This document shows, piece after piece, positions 13,567-29,952 of a stretch of DNA of 64,000 bases. Below the pieces are notes generated by a model. That model was not told the origin of the DNA. It did no database searches and saw nothing but the letters and a program-made list of their open reading frames with translations. The position numbers were made by a program, and so were the translations under genes. This stretch comes from Basidiobolus meristosporus CBS 931.73 (taxonomy: Eukaryota > Fungi > Basidiobolomycota): NCBI GenBank assembly GCA_002104905.1, contig MCFE01000056.1, positions 131,545 to 195,544 of the forward strand, in the 5' to 3' direction. How positions within the stretch are numbered: the first letter of the stretch is position 1; each line of letters begins with the position of its first letter.

Positions 13567-14996
13567 CCAGAAACCATCCTTTCCGAACCTTTCACTCACC
13601 TTGACCAGTCAGCTCCGACGACTCCGACCTCGACTCCGGGATCATTGTGTAGTAAGTAGGCCCCTTCTATCGAAGTGACTGTGACAGAGCGATCGCTGAG
13701 CAGGGAGATTTTTCTAGCGAGGGAAACATCACGAATCGAGTGATCGAGATCAAGGAGGATGACACGTTCTGGATGGAGCCACCACCCACCCCGGAGACCC
13801 CTCGGACCCCATACAGAACTCCCCAGCCAGCCACCCTGATCGACTCCTCTTCCAAGACCGCCACCGTCCGACAATTCAAAAAGCATCGGGAACACCTGAC
13901 CCGGGAGCTCTTCCACGAGTACAACCGGAAGGTGTTCGACAACAAGCTACCCAAGGAGATGAAGATCACCTGGTCGGTGACACTGAAAACGACCGCTGGC
14001 CGAGCGATTTCTCACAGGTATCGTTGGCGGCACCCATCCTCTCCCGTGGTATCCGGTATTCACCATTCACTTTAGGCAAAGACGTGACGACGAGTGGACC
14101 TACGTCTCCAGGGTAGAGCTCTCGACCAAAGTGGTGGACAACATCGGTAAGTTCCCCTCCTCCTCCTCCTCCTCCCCCTCCCCCTTCCCTCGCCTAAATG
14201 AGTAGCTAACCAAGCGACCATGGGCCAGATCGACTCCGGAACACGTTGGCTCACGAGCTGTGCCATTGCGCAGCTTGGATCATCAATCATATCGCGAAAC
14301 CGGCGCACGGGGCCGAGTTCAAATACTGGTAATTCATGGCGACCTTGACCCCATCCCTTTCGAACCGTCACTCACTCGGTACAGGGCACAGCAAGTGATG
14401 AAGGTCTACCCGGACCTCAATATCACCACCTGTCATTCCTACGAGATCGCCTACAAGTACTACTTCGAGTGCGTCAACCCCATGTGTAAGAAAGTGTAAG
14501 TGTGGACGATGTTCTTCATAACTGCCCGTCACCGTACCCGTACCCTAACCCGTACCCTAACCTCAATCCGTCTAGTTACGGCCGACACTCGAAATCCATT
14601 GATCCGGATAGACACGCGTGCGGAGTATGTCGCAGGTAACCCCCTAGAAAGTCACCAATTCACCCGCATACGACTAACCCCTGAGACGCTAGCAAACTGC
14701 GGGAGATGGAGAGGCTGAAGAAGGATGGGACACCGTTCAAGAAACGGGAACCCAACAAGTACCAGCTGTTCATCAAGGTAGGTTGGATGTTATCGTGGAA
14801 CCATGGTGGTCGGCGCTGACCCAGCATATCCTTACCGCAATAGGAGAACTTCAGACGGGTGAAGGATGCGAACCCGTACGCCACGCAGTCCCAGTTGATG
14901 TCGCTGCTGTCGGCAGAGTACAAGAAGAAGTCCGCCCAGGAGAGCAAGGCCATCGACGAGTTGGCCAACTCCATTCACCGGATCGAACTGGACTGA
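12022..14996 (+). CDS. GCNA/ACRC-like protein: acidic disordered region, SprT-like metalloprotease, Zn finger, HMG box (multi-exon)
   Basis: Long D/E/S/P-rich exon (to 13659); YNRKVFDNKLP..ITWS.TLKTTAGRA; LAHELCH (HExxH); CHSYEIAYKYYFEC..PMC; KYQLFIKENF.RVK HMG-like end. GT-AG introns; start inferred via intron 12054-12110. Confidence 0.85.
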
Positions 14997-15232
14997 GCAT
15001 TCATGTAAAGAACGAATCCATGTATTTTTAATCCCAGCAAAGGGAAGGGAGGAGATATTGGTACGACTGCGTGTGACTTCATCTCACCCGGCTCCAATAA
15101 ACTTGGTTAATTCAAATCATCCACTTAATCATGTTCAGATGGTGGGACGTTGAAGGGGGATACCCGCTGACCTAAATCGAACCAGCACCCTCCGTTATAT
15201 GGCCCAGTGACAACCAGCTCTAGGCACTGACG

Positions 15233-17845
<2,613 letters not shown>

Positions 17846-18094
17846 TCCCACCTCCACATCAACAGACGTGTATTCCACCCGAACCGATGTATTTTCTCCC
17901 ATTAAAATCGAGTTCACAGCGAAGAAATTGTCTTAGATCCGGTCCCATTTAAATCAGGATCACATCAATATTTGGTTACGGTTCTCTTTAGAAAGTAGTC
18001 GCAGTGAAAGCCATAGTAGCAGTACGTCCTAAGTACACGGCATATGCATCGATATCGAGAGAATTCGAATTAACCAACCCACACGCTCTAGGTA

Positions 18095-21000
18095 ATGGAC
18101 TCTGCGACCCAACCGACCCAACCGGACCAAAGCACCCAGGAGGTATCCCAATCCCAAGAGGTACCCTTTGCCCAGGAAGAGATCCTCGCCAAGCTCATCC
18201 CCCTATCCCCCGAATTCCCACCTGTGGACTTGTTCAAAGAGAAACTGGAGTTCGGCTATCTCCTTGGTAGACATCCAGGTTGCGACGTCGTCCTTCCCGA
18301 CGACAGACGCATCAGCAACAAACATTGCAGAATCTTCACCGTACGTACACATACTCTGTTGGTCGAAGTGGACCGAGACGTCCGACTTTATTGACCCAAC
18401 TTCTTCAGCCTTACAAAAACGACCATTCCATACACGGAACTTCTATACTCATCGAGGATCTCAGGTAATCGACAAACATGGTGCTGAGTGGTTTCCCGAG
18501 AATCAAACTGAACTCCATCCCCCCCCCACCCCACCTTCCTGGTGAATCGTACGTTAGCACCAATGGTACATACATAGGGAAAAAACCTCTAGGGAAAGGC
18601 AACCGGATTTTGTTGGTTCACGGGGACGAACTTTGCTTAGGGACTTTACCCAAGTCGAATGGTCGCTCAGGACACCGTCAGTGTTTATTTACGTGAGAGG
18701 CGGCACCTGTACCGAGGCTGACGATTATTTCCTAGACTACCTGTTTCAAATCACAAACCACGAACCGGTGACTCAGGTGACTCAGGTAAGACGCGACCAT
18801 ATCCAGCAAGCTTGTGACAATCGGATATCGCTCAGCACTGAACCTTCAACCAGAAAAACCACGCGATCATCCACGAGAAGTATTCGTTTCGGCATATTCT
18901 TGGCACGTACGTGGACTTGGGTCGTCTTGGCCACTGATCGACCCCAAATAACCCTCACCTCCGTTTAGCGGGAACTTCTCGGTCGTCCATCTGGTGGCAG
19001 ACAAGCAGACGGGAGAAAACTACGCGTGTAAGGTGATCGATAAAACCCGGTTCTTCATGAAGCCGAAAGTCAAGGAAGCCTTCGCACGTGAAGTGGGTGA
19101 TCAAAACCGGCCCGATATCCCCCCGAGAGTTCGCTAATACTTGTTTGCACATCAACCAAGGTCAAGATACTGAAAACCCTCAACCACGTAAGTGAATAAG
19201 CACCGAAATCCCGAACCAACCCTCGATGATTCCCGATTCCCTAATCCCTCTGAAGCCGAACATCGTCTCTTTCGTCAGTTGCTATGACACCGAGGAGACC
19301 CTGTGGATCGTCATGGAGCTGGTCACCGGTGGAGATCTTCTCGCCTACATCACCGAAAAGGGAACTCTGCCGGAGAGTGAATGCAAGTCACTTTTCCACC
19401 AGATATGCCTCGCCTTGCAGGTAGGCAGCCTTGCCACTGAACCCTTCACCACGCCCCGCTAAAAGCGCCTAGTATTTACATCATCAAGGAATCACCCATC
19501 GTGACATGAAGCCCGAGGTGATTGACGATTTCCCTTGCTCCAGCAATCCCCAAACACTTAGCATTCTATAGAATATTTTGATGACAGATCAAGAGAAGAA
19601 CACCATAAAGATCTCGGACTTTGGTAGGTGCTCCGGCCTTTCCGCCGTTCTAACCACACGATGATTAATCTCTGCCATTGAAAGGACTTGCCAAGGTAGT
19701 AAGCGAGCAGTCAATTCTACAAACGATGTGTGGAACCTTGACCTATTTGGCACCAGGTAAGGCGGTGATAATCAACGAGCCGGATTTGCAGAGGACTAAT
19801 CGCTCTGCCTGTAGAGATCATGTCAGCCGATAGCCAGAGAAGCTATAGTCAAGCAGTCGGTGGGTACACTTCTTCGTAGGCAGTGATCTCCACGGAACCT
19901 TACCATTCCCATTGTAGATCTGTGGTCGTCAGGAATTATATTGTACTTAATGTAGGCGCACTAGGCTGGCGATTCTTTCGCGATAGATACTGACGGGAAT
20001 CCCGACCCTCGTGCAGGCTGTTTGGAAGTTTCCCTTTCTCCCCACCAGAATCGATGCCTACCAAAATAGAGACCCCACGTGTATTGAAGTTTCCAAAGCA
20101 CCCGAGGGTCAGCGACCAAGGTAGCCACGTATCATCAACCTCCATTCTTGACCGACCTCACTCATCAACCAGCCCCTTGTTAGCAAAACACCTCTTGGAA
20201 CGCCTACTAACCGAAGACCCGAACAAACGAATCAATATCGATGAGACGCTCGATCATCCTTGGTTCACTGTAGGCTATTACTTACCTAATCCACCTTTCC
20301 CGGTCATTAATCTCACCCATGGCACTGCCTAAAGTCCGACCCACACTCCGCCCTTATAATCGAGGATAAACCCTCAGCAAAGCGAACATTCGACTCCACT
20401 CAAATCAAGAATACCTCCAATAGAACCGACCTTATAGAGAGCTCATCATCCGAAACCTCCAATACCACCGGTAACACCCCCACGCCTGGCAGCGAACAAT
20501 CCCATCATATCACTAAATCCACCCCCATTTCCAACAGAGGAGAACCCAGCCCAACATTGGGGAACCCTCAAGATAGTCCCCGGGAGTCGTACGGGAAAAG
20601 ACGTTCAACTCTACCGAGAATCAAACTTTTTCGGTCGAAGCACAAGTGAGTTCAAGATGGGTGTAGCGATGATGGGACGCCCGTTGACCAACGTTTTTCC
20701 CTTAGAGAGCGAGATCCAAATCCAGGATCCCCGAATCAGCGGTAAACACTGCAGAGTGTGGAAAGACGCGGTGAATCAAGCCTACTTGCAGGATCTTAGG
20801 TAAATCGGGCTCCTCCTCTTCTTCCTCACCCGCTACCTGAGCCAACTCCTCCCTTTGTTGTAGCGCCAACGGGTGTTACGTGAATGGCCACCCGCTGGGG
20901 AAAGGAAAGGTCACCTTGCTAAATGACAACGACGTGATCGGCATCATTATCAACGAAGCCGATGTCAATGGTAGCGTAAACGTCTACATCCACAACTCCC

Positions 21001-21888
21001 CGTAGCCCGTAGCTCAACCCACTCCTTTCACGTCATAAGATTTCGTCAAGTACGTATTCAAGTCGAATGTCACCTCTACCGTGGCATCGAACCTGCAATC
21101 GAGCGTGTTCCGAATCCCCCTCCCCTCTCCACAGAAGAACCGAGTCTTGGTAGGCTTCCGGTGAACCCCTCATCCTCCTCCTGGATCAATCACTCACTCG
21201 GCTCCAAGCATCTTCCAACAGATTCCCCCACAGCCAAGCGAAAGAAATCCCTGGATCACCGGGAGGTGACGATCTGGGGCAGACTCCGATCCTTGCACTC
21301 AAATCACCCGAACGTTTGGCTGAAAGGGCACCAGCTGGCCTTCGGAAGGCATACAAGTTAGAATCCATGGATCGATTCCTTTGTGCGCCTATGTGACCTT
21401 CTAACCGCATTGAAATTTAGGTTGCCCCGCGGCAGTCAGATACAACAACCCCATAATCAGTAGCATACGTAGGTTCAGCCACCCTCCCCCCCCCCACGCA
21501 CACACACCATTGCTCACCGGATATTTAGATTGCAATCTCGAGCGACGTGGGAACGTCGTTTACCTGAAAGATAAGAGGTGGGTCTGCGGAGCACGAAGAG
21601 ATCCTTGCACGTTCACTAACCTCGACCCGTTCACTGGGACTTTGTAGCACCAACGGGACCTTCGTCAATGGTAAGTTGCTAGGCCAAGGAAACGAGATCG
21701 CCCTGAAGTCCATGGACCAAATAGTCCTGGCCTATGATGACAAGAGTCCCCCGGGTAACCGCGACGCGGAATCGGAAGGTAACGGAGGATGGGAGGAACT
21801 TTTCTCAGTAGATGTGACGACTAACGGCTCCACAGTCCTGATAGGATATTGCTACGAACCGTATGATCTGCTCGAACAATGTAAATAA
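18095..21888 (+). CDS. Rad53/Chk2-like Ser/Thr kinase with three FHA domains (multi-exon)
   Basis: FHA1 LGRHPGCD...ISNKHC...STNGTYI; kinase YACKVIDK, MELVTGGDL, HRDMKPEN, DFG, CGTLTYLAPE; FHA2 FGRST..ISGKHC..SANGCYVNG; FHA3 FGRHT..ISSIHC..STNGTFVNG. Confidence 0.85.
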
Positions 21889-22005
21889 AGGGACATCGAC
21901 AAAATTTTTATTGGTACATCAACGGGAATTAGAATAGAACACGAAATATTACAACCAGGACATCTTGATCTAAGCCTACTCACTCACTGCTCACTGCCGC
22001 GAGCA

Positions 22006-23323
22006 CTACTCCGCCGAAACAAAGGCACGGTAATAGGTGGCCGGCTCCTCATCACTGCTCAAGGTGACCTCGATGTCGGGAGAGATGAACCAAACCTGGC
22101 CTTGCTTCAACGGGATCGTCTCCCCGGAATGAGCCACGCTCCCGCTCCCCTTGGTCACGATCAGAATACTGGGTCCATGGATGCCGGGCACTTTCTCCTT
22201 GCAGTTCGCCGGGAGCTCTGTACGGATGACCGAGAACTCCTCGATGGGTGGGTCGTAGAGGAGCGAGTGGGTCAGCTGATGGAACTTTTCCCCGTGCATG
22301 ATCTTCGACTGGATGTCGTAGGATTCGTACGTCAGCATCTTCACCAGCACCTGGACGTCCTTAAATTTCGGGGTCAGCCCGGAGCGCACCACGTTGTCGC
22401 TGGTGGCCATGCACTCGATGCAATCCCCGGAGAGGTACGCGTGGGGCTCATTCGCCTGAAGGAATATCGCCTCCCCAGGTTGCAAGACGGTGTAGTTCAG
22501 GAACAGCACCGCGAAACACCCGATGTCCCCAGGGTATTGGGAGTTCAGTCGCACCAGGAGTTCGGTGATCTCCGGGTGCTTTGACTCCTTGGTGACTCTG
22601 GCCAGTAGCGCGGTCAACTCCCGCTCGACGACCTGGCTCTCTTGGGTCATCACCGCTTGGAAGAGGGCCTTCAAGGCGTTCTTCTTCTCGAGGGAGCCCA
22701 CCTCACCCTCGGCATCGGGGAATCTCTCGAGAGTGGAGTTGAAGTGTTGCACCAAGTCGGCCCCCACCAACCTGGCAAACTCCGGGTATTCTTGGAGATG
22801 TTGTCGGATCACCTCCAGCGGTCTGAACCCGCATAACGCCTCGAACGGGGTCAGGGCGACCGCCATCTCCGGCTTGTGGTTGGGGTCTTTGTACAGGTCG
22901 GGACGTTCGCTGAACAGCTGCTGGGCCAATTTCTTGTCCGGATGCGCTTGGATGGAGAGGGCCTTGTTGATGGAGAGCACCTTGAATAGAAAGGGGAACT
23001 CTCCTTCGTATTTCCGGTAGATCTCCTCCGTCGACAGCTCCACCTTCTCCGATATAAGGCTTTTCAGGGATACCGGCTCCTGGCCTGGAAGGAGGGCGAC
23101 CGAGGGGGCGTTCGGATGCGTACCCATCCATAGCTATGTAGAGGTTAGTTTAGTAAAGGACCAGGACTTGGGAGGGAGCTCGGCATACCTCAGCGTAGGG
23201 CTTCTTGGGCTCCACAACGAAGTCGGGACTAGCCTGAGCGTATTGTGCGACCTTACTCTCACCACCCAGCTTCCCCCACTCGTAACTTTGAGTCTGGCAC
23301 TGTAACTGGAAGATAGGGTTCAT
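22006..23323 (-). CDS. PMI40: Mannose-6-phosphate isomerase (type I PMI), two exons
   Basis: YEWGK, WMGTHP, LSIQAHPDK, YKDPNHKPEMA, ANEPHAYLSG, ECMATSDNVVRSGLTPK. Confidence 0.97.
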
Positions 23324-23710
23324 GGGCTGAGGGGATATCTTGGGAAAGGGTTCTAGTGAAACGTGCAAATGTCACCACCATATCTTTTATACATCCCGCC
23401 TTGATTCCTGCGTGTGGATCTGGGTAATTGGGATAAGTCTACATGTCAACATCCCACCCAATACGTACTGATTGACTGATTGGGTACTGTGAAACGTGGA
23501 CGAGGGTTCGGTTCTGGTGACCCGACACCACACCGATACCAGTAGTGTCGACCATTTCGGAAGGTGGTTTCAATTGATCATTTACCTGGACATTCGACCA
23601 CCAAGATATGGCGTTGAATCATCCTAAACCATGCGAAATGAGGCCAAATTTATCGACAAAATTATCAGGATTTATTAACTTTAATACAAATGGGAACGTA
23701 GGGGATGCAT

Positions 23711-24338
23711 TTATTTGGTCATCTAGATGGTAAAGGTCAGAGTTAGCGTGGGTGCGGGTGCGGGTGCGGTGCGGGTGCGGGTGTTGGCACTCGAGATACC
23801 AAAGCGAAAATTGGTGGGTGAGAAAGGCTTACCATCATCTTGACGAATTCCTCGTAGTTAATCTGACCGTCACCGTCGACGTCGGCCTCGCGGATCATCT
23901 CGGTGATCTCCTGCTCGGAGAGCTTCTCGCCAAGGTTGTTCATGACGTGGTGGAGCTCGGAGGCGGAGATGAAACCGTTGCCGTCCTTGTCGAAGACCTT
24001 GAAGGCCTCCTTGATCTCGGCCTCGGAGTCGGTCTCCTTGAGCTTGCGGGACATCAAGTTCAAGAACTCGTTGAAGTCGATCTGACCGTTGCCGTCGGCG
24101 TCGATCTCGCTCACCATATCTTGCAACTCCACCTCGGTGGGGTTTTGTCCGAGGGAACGCATCACGGTGCCCAACTCCTTGGTGGTGATGCTACCATCAC
24201 CATCCTTGTCGAAGAGGGAGAAGGCTTCCTTGAACTCGGCGATTTGTTCTTCGTTGAATTGACTAGCCTAGATAGGTGGGATCGGTCAGTGGATATGCAT
24301 GGGGATTCGGAGGATCGGAGAATTCGATCACTTACCAT
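23711..24338 (-). CDS. CMD1: Calmodulin (somewhat divergent), three exons
   Basis: ATG|gt first exon; four EF-hand loops [48 protein letters not shown]; last exon MTK*. Confidence 0.92.
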
Positions 24339-24710
24339 GGTGATAAGAGTGGAATCCAGTACCATCCAATCCCCCTACCTTTATAAACTCCCATTGACAG
24401 GGCCACTACACACTCATTCCCGCATTGTCACTATCCCCGGGGCCTTACAGTTCCCTCTCGTAACATCAGCCGTAGCGTTCACTGGCTATTTAGGTTCATT
24501 TAAAGATGTGCTACAGGTTTATTTCCAATCTTCACCTTATCTTGTTCTACATGGCACGAAGCGCATGATTGGTTTACCTAAATTGTGAAATCAGGTGATC
24601 ATGGGAATGGCTGAAGACACGTTTATTTGGGCTGAGGATTGATTGACGAGAAGCAGAAGGCGAGGGTGAGGATGAGGATGAGGGTGAGGGAGGGGGGAGT
24701 GGCCATGGAT

Positions 24711-25953
24711 TTAACTGGCTTCAGTGACAGCCTCGGGGGATGCATTTTCGGTGACTGCTGGATCGACAGCAGTTGGCTTCTTGTTGTGCTTCTTCTTCTC
24801 CTTCTTCACCTTGACGGGTGCGACGGGGGCAGGATAGGCGAGGTCAGCCAACTTGCGGAGCTCGGGATCCTCAAAGACCTTACGGATGGGGTCCAACATG
24901 CGGTTCAACACCTCGATCACGGACTTCTTCAAATCTCCAGGATGAATCTCCTTGTTGGCGAAATCCGCCTCCAATGCCTCGTAGTTGGTGTAGACCACGT
25001 TTCCACCGTATTTCTCCGGGCGCAGGATGGTGAAGTTGGCCTCCTTTCCGTTCAAGGAGCTGATGGGCAAGAGGACGTACTTGACGAAGCTGAGGACTCC
25101 GTTCTCGGTGACATTGCCCTCCTCGCAGAACGCCTTCTTGATCTTCTTTTCCACTGTCTTGGGCTCGTCCAAGAGGTCGAGTTTGGAGTCGACATCGGAG
25201 GCGCTCATCTTGCTGCCAGTCAATCCGGGAACCATGGGGTTCATCAAATGGGCGCGCTTCTTGTAGCCGAGGTGTGGCAGGTATTTCTCAGCGAAAGTGA
25301 AGATCTTACGTTGATCCACGCCACCGAATTGGGCATCCACTCCGAGGTATTCCTCGTCAAGTGCCTGCAGACCGGGGTAAAGAAGACCGCTGAGGAGTGC
25401 GGAGTCCACCTGCTTTACCACCTCAGCACCGGCCTTCTTGGCATCGTGCTCGGTCACGGTGGCGCAAAGACGGTAGTTGTCCATGTTGAATTCCTTGGTC
25501 AATTGGTAGGACGAACCAACGACAAAGCGCAATTTCTCCAGAGGAACGCCCAAGGAGGTGAGCATGGCTTTGATCAAGGCCTCGTAGTATTTGGTACGGT
25601 ACTCGACCAACTCCAAGGGGGCCTTCATGTTGTCCAAGAATGCGTGAATGTCGGCGAAGAGAATGGTAACCTGAGGGGAAATCAAAGAGGGTCAGGTTAT
25701 TTCAACAGAACTCCCTTCCGAACAGGGCTCTACTTTTGGAAGGGAAACTCACATCACAACCGGCGGAGAGGAAATCTGCGATCTTGGTCATAGGTACGAA
25801 ATATCCGATATGGGGTTTACCGGTGGGTGCGGTACCCCAATAGAGCTTCAAATCACGCTCGGCGAGGATCTTCTTGATCTCCTCCTCTCCGAGGACCTCC
25901 TGCAAGTTCCGTTTGATAATGGCTAATCTTTCCTCGACGGTTAAATTGGACAT
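24711..25953 (-). CDS. TYS1: Cytoplasmic tyrosyl-tRNA synthetase, two exons
   Basis: [40 protein letters not shown]. Confidence 0.97.
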
Positions 25954-26225
25954 GGTGTTGGCGTGCTTCTACGACGGTGGAAAGCAAAACCCCCTGAGCC
26001 GGAAAAACTCCATTTAACGGAGGGGACGAAAAAAAATGATAGGCTTAAACGACGATTGATTGATTGGTTTTGATCAGATAAGGTGCGGTTGCGAATCACT
26101 TAACAAATATGCAACCACGGTGCCCGTTGTAGTCATGCTGAATACTATAAACCCAGCGCTCGGCACTCGAGTTGGTTGGCTTGGCCTCAACCACACCTGG
26201 TTTCTTGATTGTGCCCATTTTTACC

Positions 26226-27150
26226 ATGTCCTACCACGAGTTACTGCTTCCCAAACTAGAAGAATTCGTCAAATGCTACATGAGCAGATACGACCCATCT
26301 CACGACTGGGAACATGTCCATAGAGTTCGAAATTTAGGTTGGTTCTCCCACGTAGCTTGAACCACCCTTCCAAGTTCTTAGCTTCCTTTCCCAAGCGTTA
26401 AAGCTGGCCCACTCGGTGGAGGGGAAGCCAGACTTCGAGGCAGTTGAGATCGCAGCGTTGCTACATGACTTCAATGACAAGAAGTACCAAGAATCCTCGG
26501 AAGCCTTTGACGTTTCCGGGTACCTGAAGTCGCTTGGCTACCCGGCGGAATTAAGTTCCTTGGTTGACAGAATAGTGGACAACGTGTCATATCGAAAGGA
26601 ACTGCAGTATAAGGCACTTGGGGAGATAGACACTTGGAGGGAAGGCTGCATAGAATTACACATGTACCCTGCTCAGTTCTACCTCAAATTAGATAATTTC
26701 TTAATGATATCCTCGACTTTTTAGTGTCCAAGATGCTGACAAACTTGATGCCATGGGCGCTTTTGGTAGACTCAGACTGCATCCATGCACCTTTACAAGG
26801 GGATGTTAACCTCGTATCACCCTTAGGGATTATGAGATGTGCCGCTTTTAGTGGGTCAAGAAATATCTTGTTGTACAGTTCTCAACTGGACTACATGCCC
26901 GACCCCAAACCCACTAAGGACGTGGTAACACCCAGAGAAGACAGCTGCGTGTATCATTTCCATGGTAAATCCTCCTCTACTTCTCCTCATACCCTGCCTG
27001 AACTTACCCCCCCCCGGTTGAACAGAGAAATTGCTGGACCTTAAGGACTCCATGAAAACGAAAGAAGGTATTCGGTTAGCGAAAAGCAGACACGAGTTCA
27101 TGTTGCAATTCCTTGAACAGGTCGACATGGAGTTCAGCTTGAGGAGTTGA
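26226..27150 (+). CDS. HD-domain phosphohydrolase (YedJ/YpgQ-like), multi-exon
   Basis: YDPSHDWEHVHRV, IAALLHD, VQDADKLDAMGA, RHEFMLQFLEQ. Confidence 0.85.
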
Positions 27151-27967
27151 TATGTCCGTAATAAAGCAATTGATGGCCAATGTTGACAACGGATATGGGC
27201 CTCAACACTTTGATAAATGATATTGTAGCTACTAAACTTGATTTGATATCCACGCTCAACACCACCTATAATTCGATGGAGTAAAAAAGCATCGAATGCG
27301 GTGCTTGATCATAGGAGCTGTTTCTCTGTATGCTCAATAGCCAACCCCACCCACAGCAAAATGGTTTTTTCTCCTAACTAATGTACCAGTGCTTTTGCAA
27401 ACCAAGCAAAAACACTCGTCGACCTTAGGTTCGGTAACAAGTCCAACTCAAGGATGCACCATAAGAGGAGTTTACAACAGCTCAGCAGTATCCATAGATC
27501 GTATCATTTGTTGCGCTGTTGAGCCAACACTTACATATCTTTTCAATACTCATCCCCGCTGGGTAAACAATCCACTTCCTCGCCCGGTAAAACCTGGCGA
27601 AAAAGCCGGACCAAGACAGCCAGCAAATACAATCTCAGGTTTGCTCGGTCTCCTCAAGAAGGAACAGTTAGGCTCCAGTTTCGGATTTGGCTAGACGTCA
27701 TCAGCGTATACTAGATACATCAGACTAGGCTTCATTTGCATGGCTGTCTTGGTCCAAGCTTCGCCGAGAGCCCCTCGCTCTTTTATAGCTCATGATTGGG
27801 TCACGTGACATAACCCCATGTATATGACACCCAGCCTTGATTACACTGCAAAACCGTAAACCGCAAATTGACGGTTATCTTTGAGGAAAAACAAAAAGGA
27901 TTCTTCAAAATGTGCAATAGTAGCATTGTTTATTGGTGTGTTTGGTGCATTCAACGAATCTCCCAAT

Positions 27968-28826
27968 TTAAGCCTTACCAGTAGCCTTGGCGAGAGCCTT
28001 TTGCTTCTTAAGAGTAGCGGCTTGGGACTTGGCGCCCATGATACCACCACCCCAGTGCTTACGGACTTCCTCGTATTTTTCGTTGTAGTTGGCCTTGATG
28101 GAGTCAACCAACTTGGCGAGATCGGCCTTGTCCTCCTCACGGATGTCAGTGATGGCAAGAGCAGTGGCGGTCTTCTTGTGGACAACGGTACCGAGACGAG
28201 CCTTACCCTTGACGATGCAGTAAGGGATGCCCATCTTGCGGCAGAGAGCTGGCAACCAGAGGACGATTTCGATGGGGTCAACATCATCAGCGATGACAAC
28301 GAGTTGAGCCTTCTTGGCCTCGATGAGAGCGGTGATGTGGTTGATACCGTACTTGACGACGACGGGCTTCTTGGACTCAACCTTACCACCCTCGGCGGTG
28401 ACCTTGGCGGCCTCACCGAGACGAGTCTTCTTCTCTTGCTTGGTCTCGGGACGGTACTTGTTCAAGACCTTGAAGAGCTCGGTGGCGGTGTTGCGGTCCA
28501 AAACCTTGGTGAATTGGTTGATGGAGGGGGGGACCTTAAGACGGAGCTTGAGGACCTTTCTTTGACGTTGGAGGCGGACATACTCGGGCCACTTGACGAA
28601 ACGAGACAAGTCGCGCTTGGGTTGGATATCAGCACCAATGGCGAAGTTCTTGGGGGTCTTCTCGAACAAGGGGTTCTTGACGACCTTGCTGGATTGCTTA
28701 CCCTTCAAAGGATAGGGAGCGGGGGCGACTTTCTTGGTGGACTTTCCCTTAGGCTAGAGATGGATGGACTTGGTAAGTATTTGGATTAATCGGGAAGCAG
28801 CGTGAACTCATAATGATTCGTACCAT
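27968..28826 (-). CDS. RPL8: 60S ribosomal protein eL8 (L7a/L8)
   Basis: [38 protein letters not shown]...GGGIMGAKS; ATG|gt first exon. Confidence 0.97.
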
Positions 28827-29084
28827 GATTAAAGCTAACTATTTGCACCTTTGGACCAAGTCAAAGATTAAGCAGAAAAGGAGGATTCGGCTGGACATCA
28901 TCATTTACTATTTATTCTCCTCCCATGACCACCTATCCAATCTGACCATCCGCGTCGATCCCGAATTGCATGATCTTTTTTTCCTGAAAATTCCTCGGCC
29001 CAAACCCTACCCTGACCCTAACCCTAATCCTAATCCAGATGTCTGGCATGTGGTGTCAACTGATTTAATGGTTCAGAGAAAAGT

Positions 29085-29952
29085 CTACATTTCATGTGAG
29101 GTTGAATAGAAGATATGCAAAGTTGGAGTGGATGGGAGGGGGGGGGCAGTTAATTCTTGTTCTTCTTCTTGTAAGGTAAGGGGGATTTCGCCTTCAACCA
29201 TATCCTTGGTGAGTCCCAATTGCTTCAGACAAACATAGTAGCGTTCGAGAGATTGGCCCTTGAGGTAGCGTAGCATCTTGGCACGCTTGTGGAGCAGATG
29301 GACCAAGGAGCGTCTGTTGTGAACATCCTTGTGGTGATCCACCATGTGGCGCTCCAAGTTACGAATACGGACCGTCCAGATGGCAGCTGTGATGGCGATC
29401 ATTTAGTATGCTGTTCGCAATTCGGCGGGTCCAGCGCTTACCTTGAACCTCCGGACTTCCAGTATCCCCCTCGCATCTACCAAACGTCTCCATCGCCTTA
29501 CGGATATTGTACAACATAATCCCCTTTTGGTTCGAGTTCTCGAGACTAACTAAGCGACGAAGCATCTCGGCCTGTTCCTTGATTTTTTCCGCGTCGGTTT
29601 GGAAACTATTCGAGGAGGTTGCCGTGACAGCCTCGGTAGTTGTTTCAAAGAGGAACTTTGCCTCATCGTTCGAAAGGAAATGCTGGTATTGGGTGTCGGT
29701 GGGGGCCTTCCACAAGGCGTCTTTTTTGGGAATTAGGTTGGGCGAGCTCAGCAATTGCTGCAAAAATTCGCTGTTCTGCTCGGCCTTTTGCTTGGCTCCC
29801 TGGAACTCCGCTTCTTGACGCTCGGCCTCTCTTTCGGCCAAAAGTTTGGCTTTCTTACTCTTCTTGGAGAAGACCGAGGAGGTGCAGTGAATGCTGCGAG
29901 CGCCTGGAGTTACTGTCGTCAGGACATTATGCCCGGAATGGAGCGAGCTCAT
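29085..29952 (-). CDS. Mitochondrial ribosomal protein uS15m, two exons (3' end approximate)
   Basis: FGRCEGDTGSPEVQ|AAIWTVRIRNLERHM..HHKDVHNRRSLVHLLHKRAKMLRYLK. Confidence 0.85.

Noticed and set aside
14534-14562. CCCTAACC repeats in a GCNA intron (similar run at 29004-29036)
   Set aside because: Short and degenerate, overlapping CTAAC branch-point-like sequence; no retroelement ends nearby
22102-28789. Long opposite-strand ORFs (e.g. 23752-24588, 24639-25793, 27881-28789)
   Set aside because: Antisense to PMI, CaM, TyrRS and RPL8; explained by GC3-biased codon usage
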